Assembly (NCBI GenBank): GCA_028534125.1 | Contig: CM052816.1 | Span: 41,356,001 to 41,420,000, forward strand | Direction: 5' to 3' | Source: Lama glama | Taxonomy: Eukaryota | Length of the DNA stretch: 64,000 nt | In this document: piece after piece, positions 11,038 through 23,400 of the stretch | Numbering within the stretch: position 1 is the first letter of the stretch | How the letters are laid out: each line of letters opens with the position of its first letter | Notes under the pieces: generated by a model | Told to the model about the DNA's origin: nothing | What the model saw: the letters and a program-made list of their open reading frames with translations, nothing else | Database searches by the model: none | Translations under genes and position numbers: made by a program

Positions 11038-12435
11038 TATGCTTGTTAAGAGATTTATGACACTTTTAGTTCAGGTTTTTCCAAAAAAAAATCATACTCT
11101 CATCTATTGTGCAATTTAATATGGTACAGTGGGATCATGTTGCCTATCAAATTAGTCTCCAAAAAACATGTTCTCTTGTTAGTCTAACTTGATCTTCCTT
11201 TGCATTCTAGTAAGTCTGTCTGCCCATCTTTCTCCTACACTTTATTCACTGTCCAGGTTTCATGTCCTATTTTTCTTCTAATCCAAATCTAATACCTCAT
11301 TCAAAGATTAGATCAAGTCTTAACTCCTTAATAAATGCAAGTGCATAGAAGGGAAGCCTCAAGATAGACAGGCATTCAAAATTTGTAGCAGTGGTTTTCA
11401 ATCCATCCTCTTGCAAAACACTGGCTTCCCTCATGTTGATCTGAGATATTTTAACTATTAAAATCATAATACAGAAAGTCTTTTCTCAATCTGCATATTT
11501 AAAAATGTCATTAGTAGATACAATTTTTGATGTGAAAGAATTCTTTTATACATTTAAAGTAAAACTTTAGTGTCAGCTAGTACCAACCAGATAACAAAAT
11601 GAATGTATCAATAAATAAATACAAATTAAAATTGAAAAAACTATTCATTTTATCTTATACAGGCTATTAGCTGTCACTAAATTTTACATAATTCTTCTCA
11701 TTTGAAGGGAATATTCCCCACTATACATTAATATATCAATATTCTGATTACCCATCCAATAGCTTCTTTTGAGTTTGGTTAGAAAGAATAACTTTCTGAT
11801 ATCCTTATTAGTTCAACATGTACTAACAAATTGAGTTTCTTTATATGGAGTTTTAACATGAACCCTGAGTTTTGACATCCTCACCAAAGGATCATCGCCA
11901 TATGAAACCATGCAGAAACAGTCAAGCCTTCCAACCCACTATCATCTCTCATTTTAGAAATGCAATACATATTTTTTGTTTTTCCAGTTATAAATTCTTC
12001 AAGTGTCTAGACTATGACTTTCATTCTCTTGTATCCTCCACACCACTTATCACCTTATTAGCATATCAGAAATGCTTCATAAATACTTATGACACTGCTA
12101 TTTCTAACATTAAACAATACCTCTCAACTTGAGAAGATTTACGGTTTTTACTCCACTACCCACACACCTTCACGTATCATCCCAGCACTGATCCTAGCTG
12201 CTAATCTCTTGAACAACACAAAGAGTAACTGGAGACCAATGTTTTGTTTTGCTTTGTTCCCCCTCTACCCAGTGTATCCAGCTTCTCACCTCACACTCAA
12301 CACTGAAAAAGGAGTGAAAGAAAATGGTACCCTCATCCACCTCTTTTCTGTCTATCAGATCTCTGGAAACCCAAAGTGCATTGGCTGAGAACAAGAACAG
12401 CAGCACCAACAACATTAACAATAGTAATTATCTTT

Positions 12436-12915
12436 TGCCAGCCAAAAACTGGCACTTGCCATCTGCCTCTACAAGGATGAAATCATAAGCCATTGCAGCC
12501 GCTGCCTGACCTTCGACATGTCCTGAAAGGAGTTCAGGGTGGAGATCAGGAATGAGGTGCTCTGAGCTCTGGGAAAAACTGGCAGAACAGGCCCTCAGTT
12601 AGTTAGATATTTTCAGGAGAAGACTTTATGAGCCCAAATTCTTGTATCTCCACATCTCTAGAAAAGCACTAAAATCATTAACGGTGACATCTGCTCCTCG
12701 TGACTAGCAGCAAGCCTCTGCCTAAATGTGTGCCTGACTGCACATGCCCCCTTCAGTAAAGTCACAGATAATAGTAAGTTCCCCTCCACACTACCTTTTC
12801 GAAGCAGTTATTCAGAGCTATCTGAAATGCTGTCTCCCAGGCTATCGTCCTCATTTGGCCCCAAATAAAACTTAACTCATGACTCTCATGCTGTGTGATT
12901 TTATTTTGATCGACA
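12436..12915 (+). mobile_element. ERV1-type solo LTR (480 bp)
   Basis: TG...CA termini (tgccagcc...gatcgaca), near-TSD cttt/cttc, polyA signal in ccccaaataaaactt, U3/R-like cagagctatctgaaatgctgtctcccaggct. Confidence 0.8.
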
Positions 12916-13659
12916 CTTCATTAGGTACTTAATTTGTTTAGACATTAGGCTGAACACTTTACATGGATCACCCTGTTTATTCCTATTAATGCACCTACTA
13001 ATGCAATTAAGGTAGGTTTTGTAACTGGATGCCTGTTTTCCATAAACCCTAAAGTGGGTCTGATATGGAAGAGAAAACAAAGGTACACGAAGAGGGCTTG
13101 CAAACTGGGCTGAGGAAGAAATAGCAGCCTTGATGACTGAACCCCAGACAGGCAAGAGAAAGACCCAGCCAATCATACGCTCTTCTGCCCTTACCTTAGC
13201 ACTACTCAGAGGAAAGGAACATTTTGTGCAAGTGGGGAAAGTGGACCTGAAAGGACTGAGATTGTTTCCACCAATAGACAGACTGGGCATTCACAATAGA
13301 GACTAATTTCAGTTATGGAAAAACAAATGTATATTTCATGCACACCTGAGATTTTAGACCTTGGTAATAATATCACCCTTTAGCTCAGGGGGCAGAGGGG
13401 AAAGCTGAGATTCAGACAGATTCAGACATCTGCACAAGATCATACAGATACTCAGTGATGGTGTCTGTATTTGAAGCCATAATATCTGAATCCAGAGTTC
13501 ACTCTTTTGTATTGGGTATATAAAAATTTTATAATTTTAATGGAAATATTCTGACATTAAAAAGATAACCTGCCTCAGTATCATTTTTTCCAGAAGTTAT
13601 GTCCTTTCTGTGTAACCATGAGTCACCAAGAAAAGGCATAAATATATCTGGATCATAGC

Positions 13660-13975
13660 ATTGTCCTCTAGAAATGTAATTCAAGTTATATATATATAAT
13701 TTTTAAACTTTCAGCAGCTGCATTTGAAAAAAGATTTTAAAAAAGGTAAAATTAATATTCATAATCTATTTCCTTTAAAGATACCCAAAGTATTATCATT
13801 ACCAACATGTAATCAATATTTTAGAATTTCAAATAGTTGTTTTACTTTTTTTAATACTAAGTCTTCAAAATCTGGTGTGTATTTTATAATGACACCACAT
13901 TTCAGTTCAGATTAACCACACTTGAAGTGCTCAACACCCACACAGGGCTAATGGCTACCTTTTGGACTGTGCTAA
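13660..13975. mobile_element. hAT-Charlie MITE (MER33/MER3-like)
   Basis: cttcaaaatctggtgtgtattttata...cacatttcagttcag...cacttgaagtgctcaa...ggctaatggctacc. Confidence 0.75.
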
Positions 13976-14279
13976 CCTAGATAAAACAGAGAGAAGTGGT
14001 GATTCAAATTTACCACAAAGGACACTTTATGACCCCAATTCATGTTGTCCCCAGACACTCCTTCTTCCATAAAGTGTTACAGGAAGCCCTTCGGTCTTTC
14101 CTAGAAATTGACCTTCCTTTGGGGAAAAAAAAAACTCAGAATTTTTAGGATTCAAGCTTAGCCTTTTCTTTTAGGAAGACAATTTTCATTCAAATTTTTC
14201 TTCTCTCACTTTCATAAACAGCTTGACTGAGGAGTAACTGGCATACAAAAACTTACTTTAGAGAGAAAATTTTTATTGC

Positions 14280-14505
14280 GTTTTAGTAACGACCAGAGTT
14301 TGTCAAGCCTTTACTGCAGGCCCTGTACTGTCCGAGTTTTTATTAATAACCCCAGTGAAGTCTTGCCATCTATAAGTAAGTGCTGCCAGTATTATTTATC
14401 CCATTTCATATGTCAGAAGTTGAGGCTTAGAGGACTAAGGTTACTTGTCAAGGTCGTCCAGCTGGAAAGGGGAGCACTGCGATTCAAAACTAGGTAGGCT
14501 GCCTC
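14280..14505 (-). mobile_element. MIR SINE
   Basis: ttatcccatttcatatgtcagaagttgaggcttagaggactaaggttacttgtcaaggtc core. Confidence 0.7.
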
Positions 14506-15134
14506 CACTTAGCAAGACTGTCTTCAGGCTACCTAGTTGTGAATATCAACGAGATATGGGTCAGTATTATTGCACCATAAAATGCTAGAGGCAGAGATGA
14601 GGAGGTGCTAGGAGCACTGTGATACAATTACCTAGAAAAATAATAGAAACAAAAAAGTCTGTATGCAGACTTCTGGCTGGTCAACCTAATCTCCCTTTAG
14701 AAAACACCCTCTTACTTAATAGAAGCATTTGACTATTCGGTCTCTTGTAACCTTAATATTTGTAAACAGGAACTTCACAATAATTCTGTGTAATGTTTGC
14801 TGGACACATTGCAAGGTGGTGGTACATTATAAAACAGAATAATGCACGAATGTCTAATTTTTAGTATTACACTCTCATAACGTGTTCCAGAACTTTTTAA
14901 ACTACCCTCTGAGTTTCGGTGCGATGTGTTCTCTTCTCAAGAACAACTGTTAGAACATTTTAGGAGCATGAGAACTGCCAGCATCTCCCATGTAATGAAG
15001 TTGCTTTTCTCTTAACCTAGCACCACCATCTATTATCATCCTTGTCACCACTGGAGCCAGAGTTGCACTCTTCCAGGACTCAAGACATGTTTGAGCATTT
15101 CTGCAAACAGATGAATCAGAGCTACAAGGAATCT

Positions 15135-15925
15135 GTTTGGGAAGGCAGGGTGGGCGGGGCGGGGGTGGGCTTTAAGGCAAAGTAAGAAAGAGAAGTGAAA
15201 CCCAGTGTTTCTTATAGTCAGCTCACCTAGTCCCCTGACATCCCTCTCCCTTCCAGCCCCGCCTTCCCTCCCTCCCTCGGGGGATATGGGGGATCTGGGG
15301 GATCTGGGCCAGAGACTCAGGGGCGGAACCTTTAACAGGAAGATAGGAGAACTGCCTAGCTCACAGGTCTGCGCTGCTCTGGAAACTGTGAAAGATGATT
15401 AAAAAAAAAAAAGGTAGATATTCTCCCCGATTGGAGATGAAGGCAGAACAGATTTGAGAAATCAGAGTACAGAGCGGAGCCTTGGCGTAACTAGGGCTCC
15501 AGCACACCAGCAACGTCCGGGACATCTCCGGCCACAGGGTGAAGCCCTGGTGACCTCAGCTGGCCTCAGCATGGCAGGGGCAGCATCCTCACCGCCACAC
15601 ATTCATCCGCAACCAACGGCGGCACACCGACCCACAACACCAGGCAGCCTGCGCATGCCCAGAACCTGGCGTGGAGAAAGGAAAATGTTTGCCTGGTGGC
15701 TGAGAGAACTGAGTATGAGCTCTTACAGGAATTTGGGGAACTCCCAGAAATACCTGGGACGGGGACACCTGGAGGCAGCTGGAGATTCCACAGAGACAGA
15801 TAGAAACCGACTGGGAGAAATAATCCACACGGTGTAAGCCTAATTTTATTCAAAACTTTGCACTGTCTAGGCATGGCTTATACAAACACTGCGATCTCAC
15901 TACCATTACTCAGATCCGGTAAGTG
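15135..15925. promoter_or_regulatory. CpG-enriched putative promoter / weak CpG island, possibly bidirectional
   Basis: Local CpG and GC enrichment in an AT-rich background; GC boxes (gggcggggcggggg 15152-15165, ccccgcc, gggcgga); NRF1-like tgcgcatgccc ~15650-15660; splice donors on the minus strand (cg|gtgagg, exon end 15593) and plus strand (ccg|gtaagt, 15919). Confidence 0.6.
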
Positions 15926-16463
15926 TTCAAAGGTTTCTGAATTATCTTTTCCTGACCCCAAGAAAGAAAATTAACATGTCAGTGGAGGACAGGCCAAGGG
16001 AGATGCTAGGGAAGGAACAGGCACTGGGATGAATTGTGGACTTGTGTCTGCGGACCCATCTTGCAGGGACACACTTCCTGACAGTGGTGGGGCCTGGTCC
16101 TGGATAAATGCTGAGAGGATAAATGCTGAACGGAAGGGTCCCCTTTAGTCAATTTAGTCAATTTAGTCAATGGTATTTTGGCAATTTATTATCAATACAG
16201 GTGAGAACAAATGATTCCATATAACAAATCAAAGAATTTAATAGGAATTCAATTCTTATCAAGAGTTTTTATAATGTCTTATGTTTCTTTTAATAAAAAT
16301 TTATGTCAGTTCCTTGATCCTATTACTGAGCAAGAAATGAGTCACATTGTTTCAGAAATCCAAGTCATGTTGTATAAATAAAGGGGAAAATGATTCATCC
16401 TTTCAGATTTCCCTAACAAACTGTAACTGAGCAGCCAAAAAGACTAACACCAGGAGCATATCT

Positions 16464-16478
16464 CCACAAGAGGGCGCC
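16464..16478 (+). promoter_or_regulatory. CTCF-like binding motif
   Basis: ccacaagagggcgcc, a close match to the CCASYAGRKGGCRS core. Confidence 0.6.
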
Positions 16479-17496
16479 AGAAACTGACATTCCTTAATAG
16501 TATAATCTACGTACAACTAGTGAAGATCTCTGAGTTTGACAAAGTTAAAGGAGAGGAGTCAAATATGTAAAAGTAATTGGCAGATGTACCTGATTCACAT
16601 GCTTGCTTTATGCTAACGCTTAAACAGTTTGAAATCTCCATAATGGTCCAGGACGCTGAAGGTGTAAATAGCAACATATGGGCAAGGGAGATAGTGGTGT
16701 CATTCGTTCCATTTGAAACTGCCTTGCTGAATACAGTGGGGGTTTTGCTAATGAATTAATTTTAATAGGCTTTTCTCCACTTAAAAAGGAACTCGGGATG
16801 GTATTTCATTTATTAGACTCATTGGTACATATCCTTTTATGCAATGGCCAAATTGTTACACTAAACAGTAATGAGGCATCTACTCTGGTATAAGTCATAT
16901 TAACTTGCTAAGCGATGCCAATTTTAAGGATGTGGGTATTTGACATGTCAAACACAAAGAAAGGGTTTTAGACTATTCTATTACCAAAAAAGAGAGCAAC
17001 AAAATTGATTTTAAAAGAGGGCGTGAGGCAAAAATATGATCCAAATTACAATAGAAATGAATTTCAATACATTTTAAAAAAAAGAAAGAAAGAAAAGGTC
17101 AAAGGTACTGAGGAAAGAAGAGCCTAGATACCTCCAGCAGGATCATGTCAAACTGATGATTCTTAAGACAGGTGCATACAGCATAGTTTTACTCAGATTA
17201 CTCAGTCTCTCCCATCTATATATTCATACACATAAGCAGTAACAGTATCAACAAGTCTTGTTCTTACATTGTCACCTGTATTTTTCCTTTCAGCACTTAA
17301 AGTTGTAACTGGAACATCACACCTGTTATCATGGAAGGGTCAGGTATTATGGTACATAGTCGTAAAGTCTTGCTTTGAGCTAATCAAGCAGACAAATCAA
17401 AAGAACAGATAGCTCACATTAGACCATGTTCAGCTCCTACAGAATCCACAGGGCAGTGGATACTTGAAGTGGATTCTACTTAATTCATCTCTCAGT

Positions 17497-17985
17497 GCAC
17501 TAGTTATCTACTGCACATAATTAATTACTCTAATGCATAGTGATTTAAAACAATGAAGACTTATTACTCACAGTTTCTTTGGATCAGGAATTCAGGAGAA
17601 GTTCAGCTGATAATTCTGGCTCAGGCTCTCACAAGGTTGCAATCAAGATATTGGCCCAGGCTGTAGTCATCTGAAGGACTGAGGCTAGAAGATGTACCTC
17701 CAAGATTGCTCACTCACATGGCCTCACCCGTGAACCTCTCCATCAAGCTGCTTGAGAATCCTCACATCTTGGCAGCTGGCTTTTCCCAGACTGAGTGGGC
17801 CAAGAGAGCAGGACAGAAGCCATCCATCTTTTATACCCTAGACTCAAAAGAAACACTCACAATCATTTCTACACTATCCTGTTGATTAGACAAGTCAGCC
17901 TTTTCCAATGGAGGGGGCGACTCAGAAGGACATGAATACCAGGGGGCTAGAATAATTGTGGACTGTCTTGAAAGCTGGTCCCACA
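17497..17985 (-). mobile_element. MLT1-type MaLR solo LTR
   Basis: tttaaaacaatgaagacttattactcacagtttctttggatcaggaattcagg...ggcagctggcttttcccagactgag...catgaataccaggggg. Confidence 0.8.
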
Positions 17986-19961
17986 CCCAGCCCCTCTAGA
18001 TATCTGTGGCAGTCCCCTATGGCCAACAGAGATGTAAGCAGAAAAGTACCTCAGCAGGGGCCCTCTTCTATCTCCTTCCTCGCATGGCCCATATGATTCT
18101 CTTTCTGTCCCTTTTCTCATTTTCCCCCTCCTTCAACCAGACCCCCAGAATCTGTCACAGTATATCTTCTTGTTCAGATCCTTTATGCTTCATTGTCAAG
18201 TCATTCCAGAGATTTTCATCACTGAGCAGAAAAGAAGGGAAAGCAATTTTCACTGAGATCAGTCTTTTAGAGTCTCAGTAGAAAACCATTATATTCTTCA
18301 TACTACCAGGATTAACACCTATTAGTGTATCTCTTGCTCTTGATTATGCTAAAGAATATCTGTCTCCTCCTCAAGTCAAATTTCAAAAAAACCCTGTTTT
18401 CTTGGTCTCAACATGAGTCAGGCTCCAGGCCAGATGGGGGAGGGGGTTGTGGACTGTAAAAGGAAAGAAAAACCATGTAACTATGCAACAATTGCAAAAC
18501 ATAAATTATTTGTAAATAATTCCTTTGGCATACATCTTACTCAATAAAATGTAAGCTCCCCAAATGCAGACAATGTCTGTGTTTACTACTTGAGTCCTAG
18601 CACCTGCCGCAGTGTCTGACAATTAACAGACACTCTAATAACCATTCCGGACAAAATAAGCAACTACCTCAATTACATGATTTGAAAGACTAAAATTGTT
18701 TCCTCATGATAATCTAAGTGAAGATTCATAAATATGTGTTAAAATATGATCCTGTGACCTCAGAGATTATATATTAAATAATGTTAATATATCAACCTCT
18801 TAATTAATGTATCTGTTCATTTCTGGTATGTATTTATAATGCATCACAACTTAAGAATAAATCCAAACTTTGTCATCCACAAAGTCATTTATGGAGCACC
18901 CACTCTACAAATGAAATCCTTCTATGGCTGGTCAATAAATAAAATTACACCTGTTAGCAGAATTCATATCAGATGATGGATAAATTTGCATATATCTTCT
19001 CTTAGGTATACCATGATGGAATCATTTGCCAAGATACACTGCCTCAACTTAAATCCACAGCTCAGCACAGAGGCATCACCTGTGACAGGGTTAAGGCTCC
19101 CAGCATACTGGGCATCTGGAGTGCTGGAATCTACAGAATCACACTCCACATATCAGTTAGTGTTCAAGAGGCCTCAGTGCAGCTATTCTCCATGTACTTT
19201 TACGATGTTCCACCCAAACCAAGAAGAGAGGGGATACACCACTAGACATTGTTCAGTTAGAAGGAGGGGACGGATCACTCTGGGTCCCAGCCAAAATCAG
19301 ATAACATTCACCAGATAATTCCAGAATGAAGATTTATTTTTAAAGGGATGAATTTTGAAGCCATGGCTGGATGCAGACAAGCCTTAAGAGAAAGCGCAAG
19401 GCAATAGGACCAGACTGGTAGATGGCCCAACCGGCTTAGAAGAGGGGGATGGGCTGCGGACACCCAGATGGAGAGAAGTGTTGGTAAGTCGTCTCCTAGG
19501 GAGGACCTGTTGGCCATCCTCAGCCAGCCTCACTCTTCTCCCTCCCTCCAGTCTCACACCACAGGGGGGAGCACCTGAAATACCCAAGTCAGGAGAGTTT
19601 TACTCTATTCCTCTCTCAATCTTTCATACATAACACAGCACCTGCCACCAGCAATGAGTCCTTAGAAAACGTCTGGTGTGAACTGAGCCAGACCGCCTGC
19701 CCCGCTCTCCCCACACTCATGCTGTGATATCCGGCAGGTCACTGTAGCTCAACCTCCCAGGCCTAACACGAAGAATGAGAATAAGATGAGGGATTCTTTT
19801 GGAAAAAAAAAAAACAAAGAGAGAGAGAGAGAAAATGTGCTGTGAATTCTACATCTCTACCAAATACAAGCCACGGAATGTCCCTCAAGGAATGTTGCCT
19901 TCCAGTTAAAAATATGCAAATGCCACTCCCTAGGATCATTGAGTAGTCAAAAGACAGTGCT

Positions 19962-20088
19962 AAGGGGGAAGGGTATAGTTCAGTGGTAGAGTGCATGCTT
20001 AGCATGCACAAGGTTCTGGGTTCAAGCTCCAGTACCTCTATTTAAATAAATAAATAAATACCTAATTATATTCCCTTAAAAAAAAAAA
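19962..20088 (+). mobile_element. tRNA-Ala-derived SINE (Vic-1-like)
   Basis: gggggaagggtatagttcagtggtagagtgcatgcttagcatgcacaaggttctgggttcaag; TSD aaagacagtgct/aaaggcagtgct. Confidence 0.92.
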
Positions 20089-20277
20089 GGCAGTGCTGGT
20101 TTTCTCCTTTGAATTATTCTATCGGATAAAGTAAGCAATCTAAGGCAGAGGAATTTATATTTATTTCCATATTACTCAATAATTCTATTTTTATATTTAT
20201 GGGGAAAAAATCACTTACAAAAGAAAAAAAAAGCTGTTTAATCATTAGTTGACACTTAACCAAGTCTGTGTAAAGAC

Positions 20278-20480
20278 AGAACCGTGTTGTTCAATACAGT
20301 AGTCACTAGTTACTTGTGGCTATTTAAATCTAACTTTTAATTAATTTAAATTAAATATAATTTAAAATTCAGTTCTTTGGACATATTTGTCACATTTCAA
20401 GTGCTCAACAGCCTCATGCACTGAATAGTGCAGAACAAACATGTCCATCTTCACAAAAAGTTCTACTGGATGGTGCCAAG
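20278..20480. mobile_element. MER3-like hAT MITE
   Basis: tgttcaatacagtagtcactagttacttgtggctatttaaat...cacatttcaagtgctcaacagcc...aaaagttctactgga. Confidence 0.8.
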
Positions 20481-23400
20481 CCTAGATGAATGACCTCTCA
20501 AAATTCTACCAGAATTCTATTTGGAAGTTGATATGACTAAAAATTTAAACGACGACACTCTGGCTAGGTCATTCAGATCAGGACTGAGGTATGATCACAA
20601 CATTAGACTCAAATGATTCATAATGGCTCTCAACATGAAATCATTAATTTTCAGAAAGAAGACTAACATTGCTATATTAGCTGCTAAGTTATACTTAACA
20701 GGAATGATGTAAAGTTTAAGTCCATGGGATTACAGGAGTTGTTTTAAGATTGTTATTTCTGTCGGCTCATGTAGCAGAGGTTCTATCATAAGAATAATGA
20801 CATTTTGCTAAACAAATCATTTATTTATGTCTATGTTAGTATAAACAACACAACAAATGTGCTTCTAGGTAGTCAGAGCACAGACATGTTGGAATTTAAT
20901 TTGCCACATCATTCAGCCCTTATTATAGCACAAAGTATAACCAAACCAGCAGGATGTGAAATAGGATGTTTTTTATGGACTCCAAATTCTGGCGACAGCT
21001 GAGAAGAACTGTTGAATATCGTACATTCTATATGTGCCCCCAGGGCAGAGCCAACGGGATCTTGAAACCACACCCAGGGGCCCACTTAGAGAGAAAGCTA
21101 GAGAGTCACTGAAGAGGAGGAGTCTTTGAAATGAATTCACGAAGGTATGAGTGCCATGGTGTCTCCCTTCACCCTGCTGTGTGGTATCGGGGAGTGGTGT
21201 GCTACCCTCAAAAGCAATCCAAGCAAAAGGAGCCCCACAAGAATCATTCAGAAAGATCACAGTTTTCTCCAGGAGATATTTCACTGCTCAGGTGGAAGTT
21301 TGCTGAGTGGCAAAAATGCGTAGGCACATTCATGATAGTATTTGGGGTGCTTTAGCATCTGTCCCCAGGTACTGGAGACATGTATGAAGACACAGACTCA
21401 GGGACCAGACTCAGGACCCTAAAGGAATCTGCAGGCAGGAGACGGCTGGGGCAGCCCACAGTGGCAGGGCAAAGAGAGGATGGAGGAGTGGTCTGCACTT
21501 CCAGCAGGACAAATGGTCCACACTTCCAGTGATCAGCTGGGCCTGGATGCAGGAGTTTTCCCACATTCAGTCTTCACTGCCTGACGTGGGAAGAAACACA
21601 CCTGAGTCTAGTAGTAGGGCAGGAGCTAGGACAGAAATACCCAAAAATGTCAGCCAGCCAGTGCATTGCAAGCATCAGGAAACTACAGTGCGGAGATCCC
21701 TGTGGAGGGAGGAGAGGGCAGAGAACCCACAACATCAAGCGACAGGAGAACTAACAATGGACGCCTGCCAAGGTAGAGAGCAATCAGCATCCAAAACACA
21801 GTCCCAGAAGAAAGACCCAGGAGTAACAAACCCAGGAGGAATATCCAGAGCAACTAAGTTATTGAGTAAATGCTTTACATGAATTAATTCATATAATTCA
21901 CACAATCACAAATCATTATTAAAATAGTCACTAAAATAAAATTATTATTGGCACTATATAGATGAGGAAGGTGAGTAACTCTGTAGTGTTATAAACAAGG
22001 TCACAAAGCCAGTGGGTGGTAGAGGATTTAACCCCAGAAATCAAATTCCAGAGTCCTTGCTCTTAATGGCCCTTACCTTCCTGCCTCTTTTTCTCCACTT
22101 AGCTGCTCATCTCATCTCCCACCTGGACGATGGAAGAGCCATCCATCATGAGTGGAGAAGAAATGGAAGAGGATTTGAAGTCAGAAGATTGAAAGAACAG
22201 TTAATACTTCCTCCCCACTGCCACATCGCTGATCCTTAAAACAAAGTTGGGGCTAAACCTAAAGGAAAAAACTTTCACACTGGAAGCATGATTAAAATGT
22301 TGCTTTACAATGGACTTTTTAACACGTGTTAATGACTGACAAGCTACAAAATCTGTTTGAAATGCTATCAAATACTGGAGAAGAGAAAGCCTAAAAATCA
22401 GGTGTAACATATGATGGTAGAAGAATAAAACTATTTCCAGGTTGTATACCACTGAATCCAGAGCAGTCAATATGTGTTTTGTTTTTATCACTATTTTTAA
22501 TAGTTTGAAACTGACAAATTTGTGCGTATAGCTCTGCCATGCAGATCAATAAACTCATACAGGTGGGGGCCAAGATTAATTTCAGCCATAGGTTTATCAA
22601 TATATAAGTCTGGAAGGAACTTCAGAAGTCATCCATCTATTATCCTTGCAATAGATTGTGTTAACTCTAAACCAATAATGAAAAATGGCTGGGCACAAGT
22701 TGTAAAGGAAACAGAAAGGAAAAATGACTAACTACAATAGAAGTTTTCAAAAAGTAATTGAAGCTTAATGCTTACCCAATAACACAAAAGAATAAACTAA
22801 TAGAATATCTATTTGCATATCTTTTCAAAATTTCACAAGTTCAAAATTTGCAACTTCAAAAATTATATTTCCTTATCAATTGATCCATCCTTTCATTTCG
22901 ATACTGGCAGCGAGATAAATGACTTGAAACAGTCAAACTAGTGAAAGCTGTAGGATAAATGGGAAAATATTCTAGCTTCCAGAAAACCACTACTCAGAGA
23001 AGTCTGAAATAAGTTGGACAAAGAACCTTCCCTGGTCTTCCACCCCCAGATATAAATCATTCTTGAAAATTCAACAGAATTCCCAAACAAACTTCCTTTC
23101 TAGCAGGTTACACAGTGAAACTCTCTCAACAGTTACTGAGGGGAAAAAAGTCTGTGAAAAACATATTGCTATTTCAGATCTGATTATTTGTACCTGAAAG
23201 TCTACTCATTATGATGAGTCACAGAAAAAAATTCTGTCAACAATATTTTTTGACTTAGTAAATGACTTTCTTAAGATATTTCACACATAAAAGTGGTCAA
23301 GAAAAAAATTCTTGTTAGAAGGTCTAAAATATCTATAGTCTTTAAAGTTAACTCATCTTAGAGAGGAGGTCATCTCTAGATGAGAAAAAGAAGCATAAGC

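Noticed and set aside
12901..13290. 129-aa minus-strand ORF and other ORFs over 100 aa (18986, 21529, 33193, 33358, 37450)
   Set aside because: No homology that I recognise and no consistent exon structure; lengths are compatible with chance in 64 kb over six frames with alternative starts.
15454..15874. Overlapping 79-127 aa ORFs in the GC-rich patch
   Set aside because: Expected from stop-codon scarcity in GC-rich promoter DNA; no recognisable domain.
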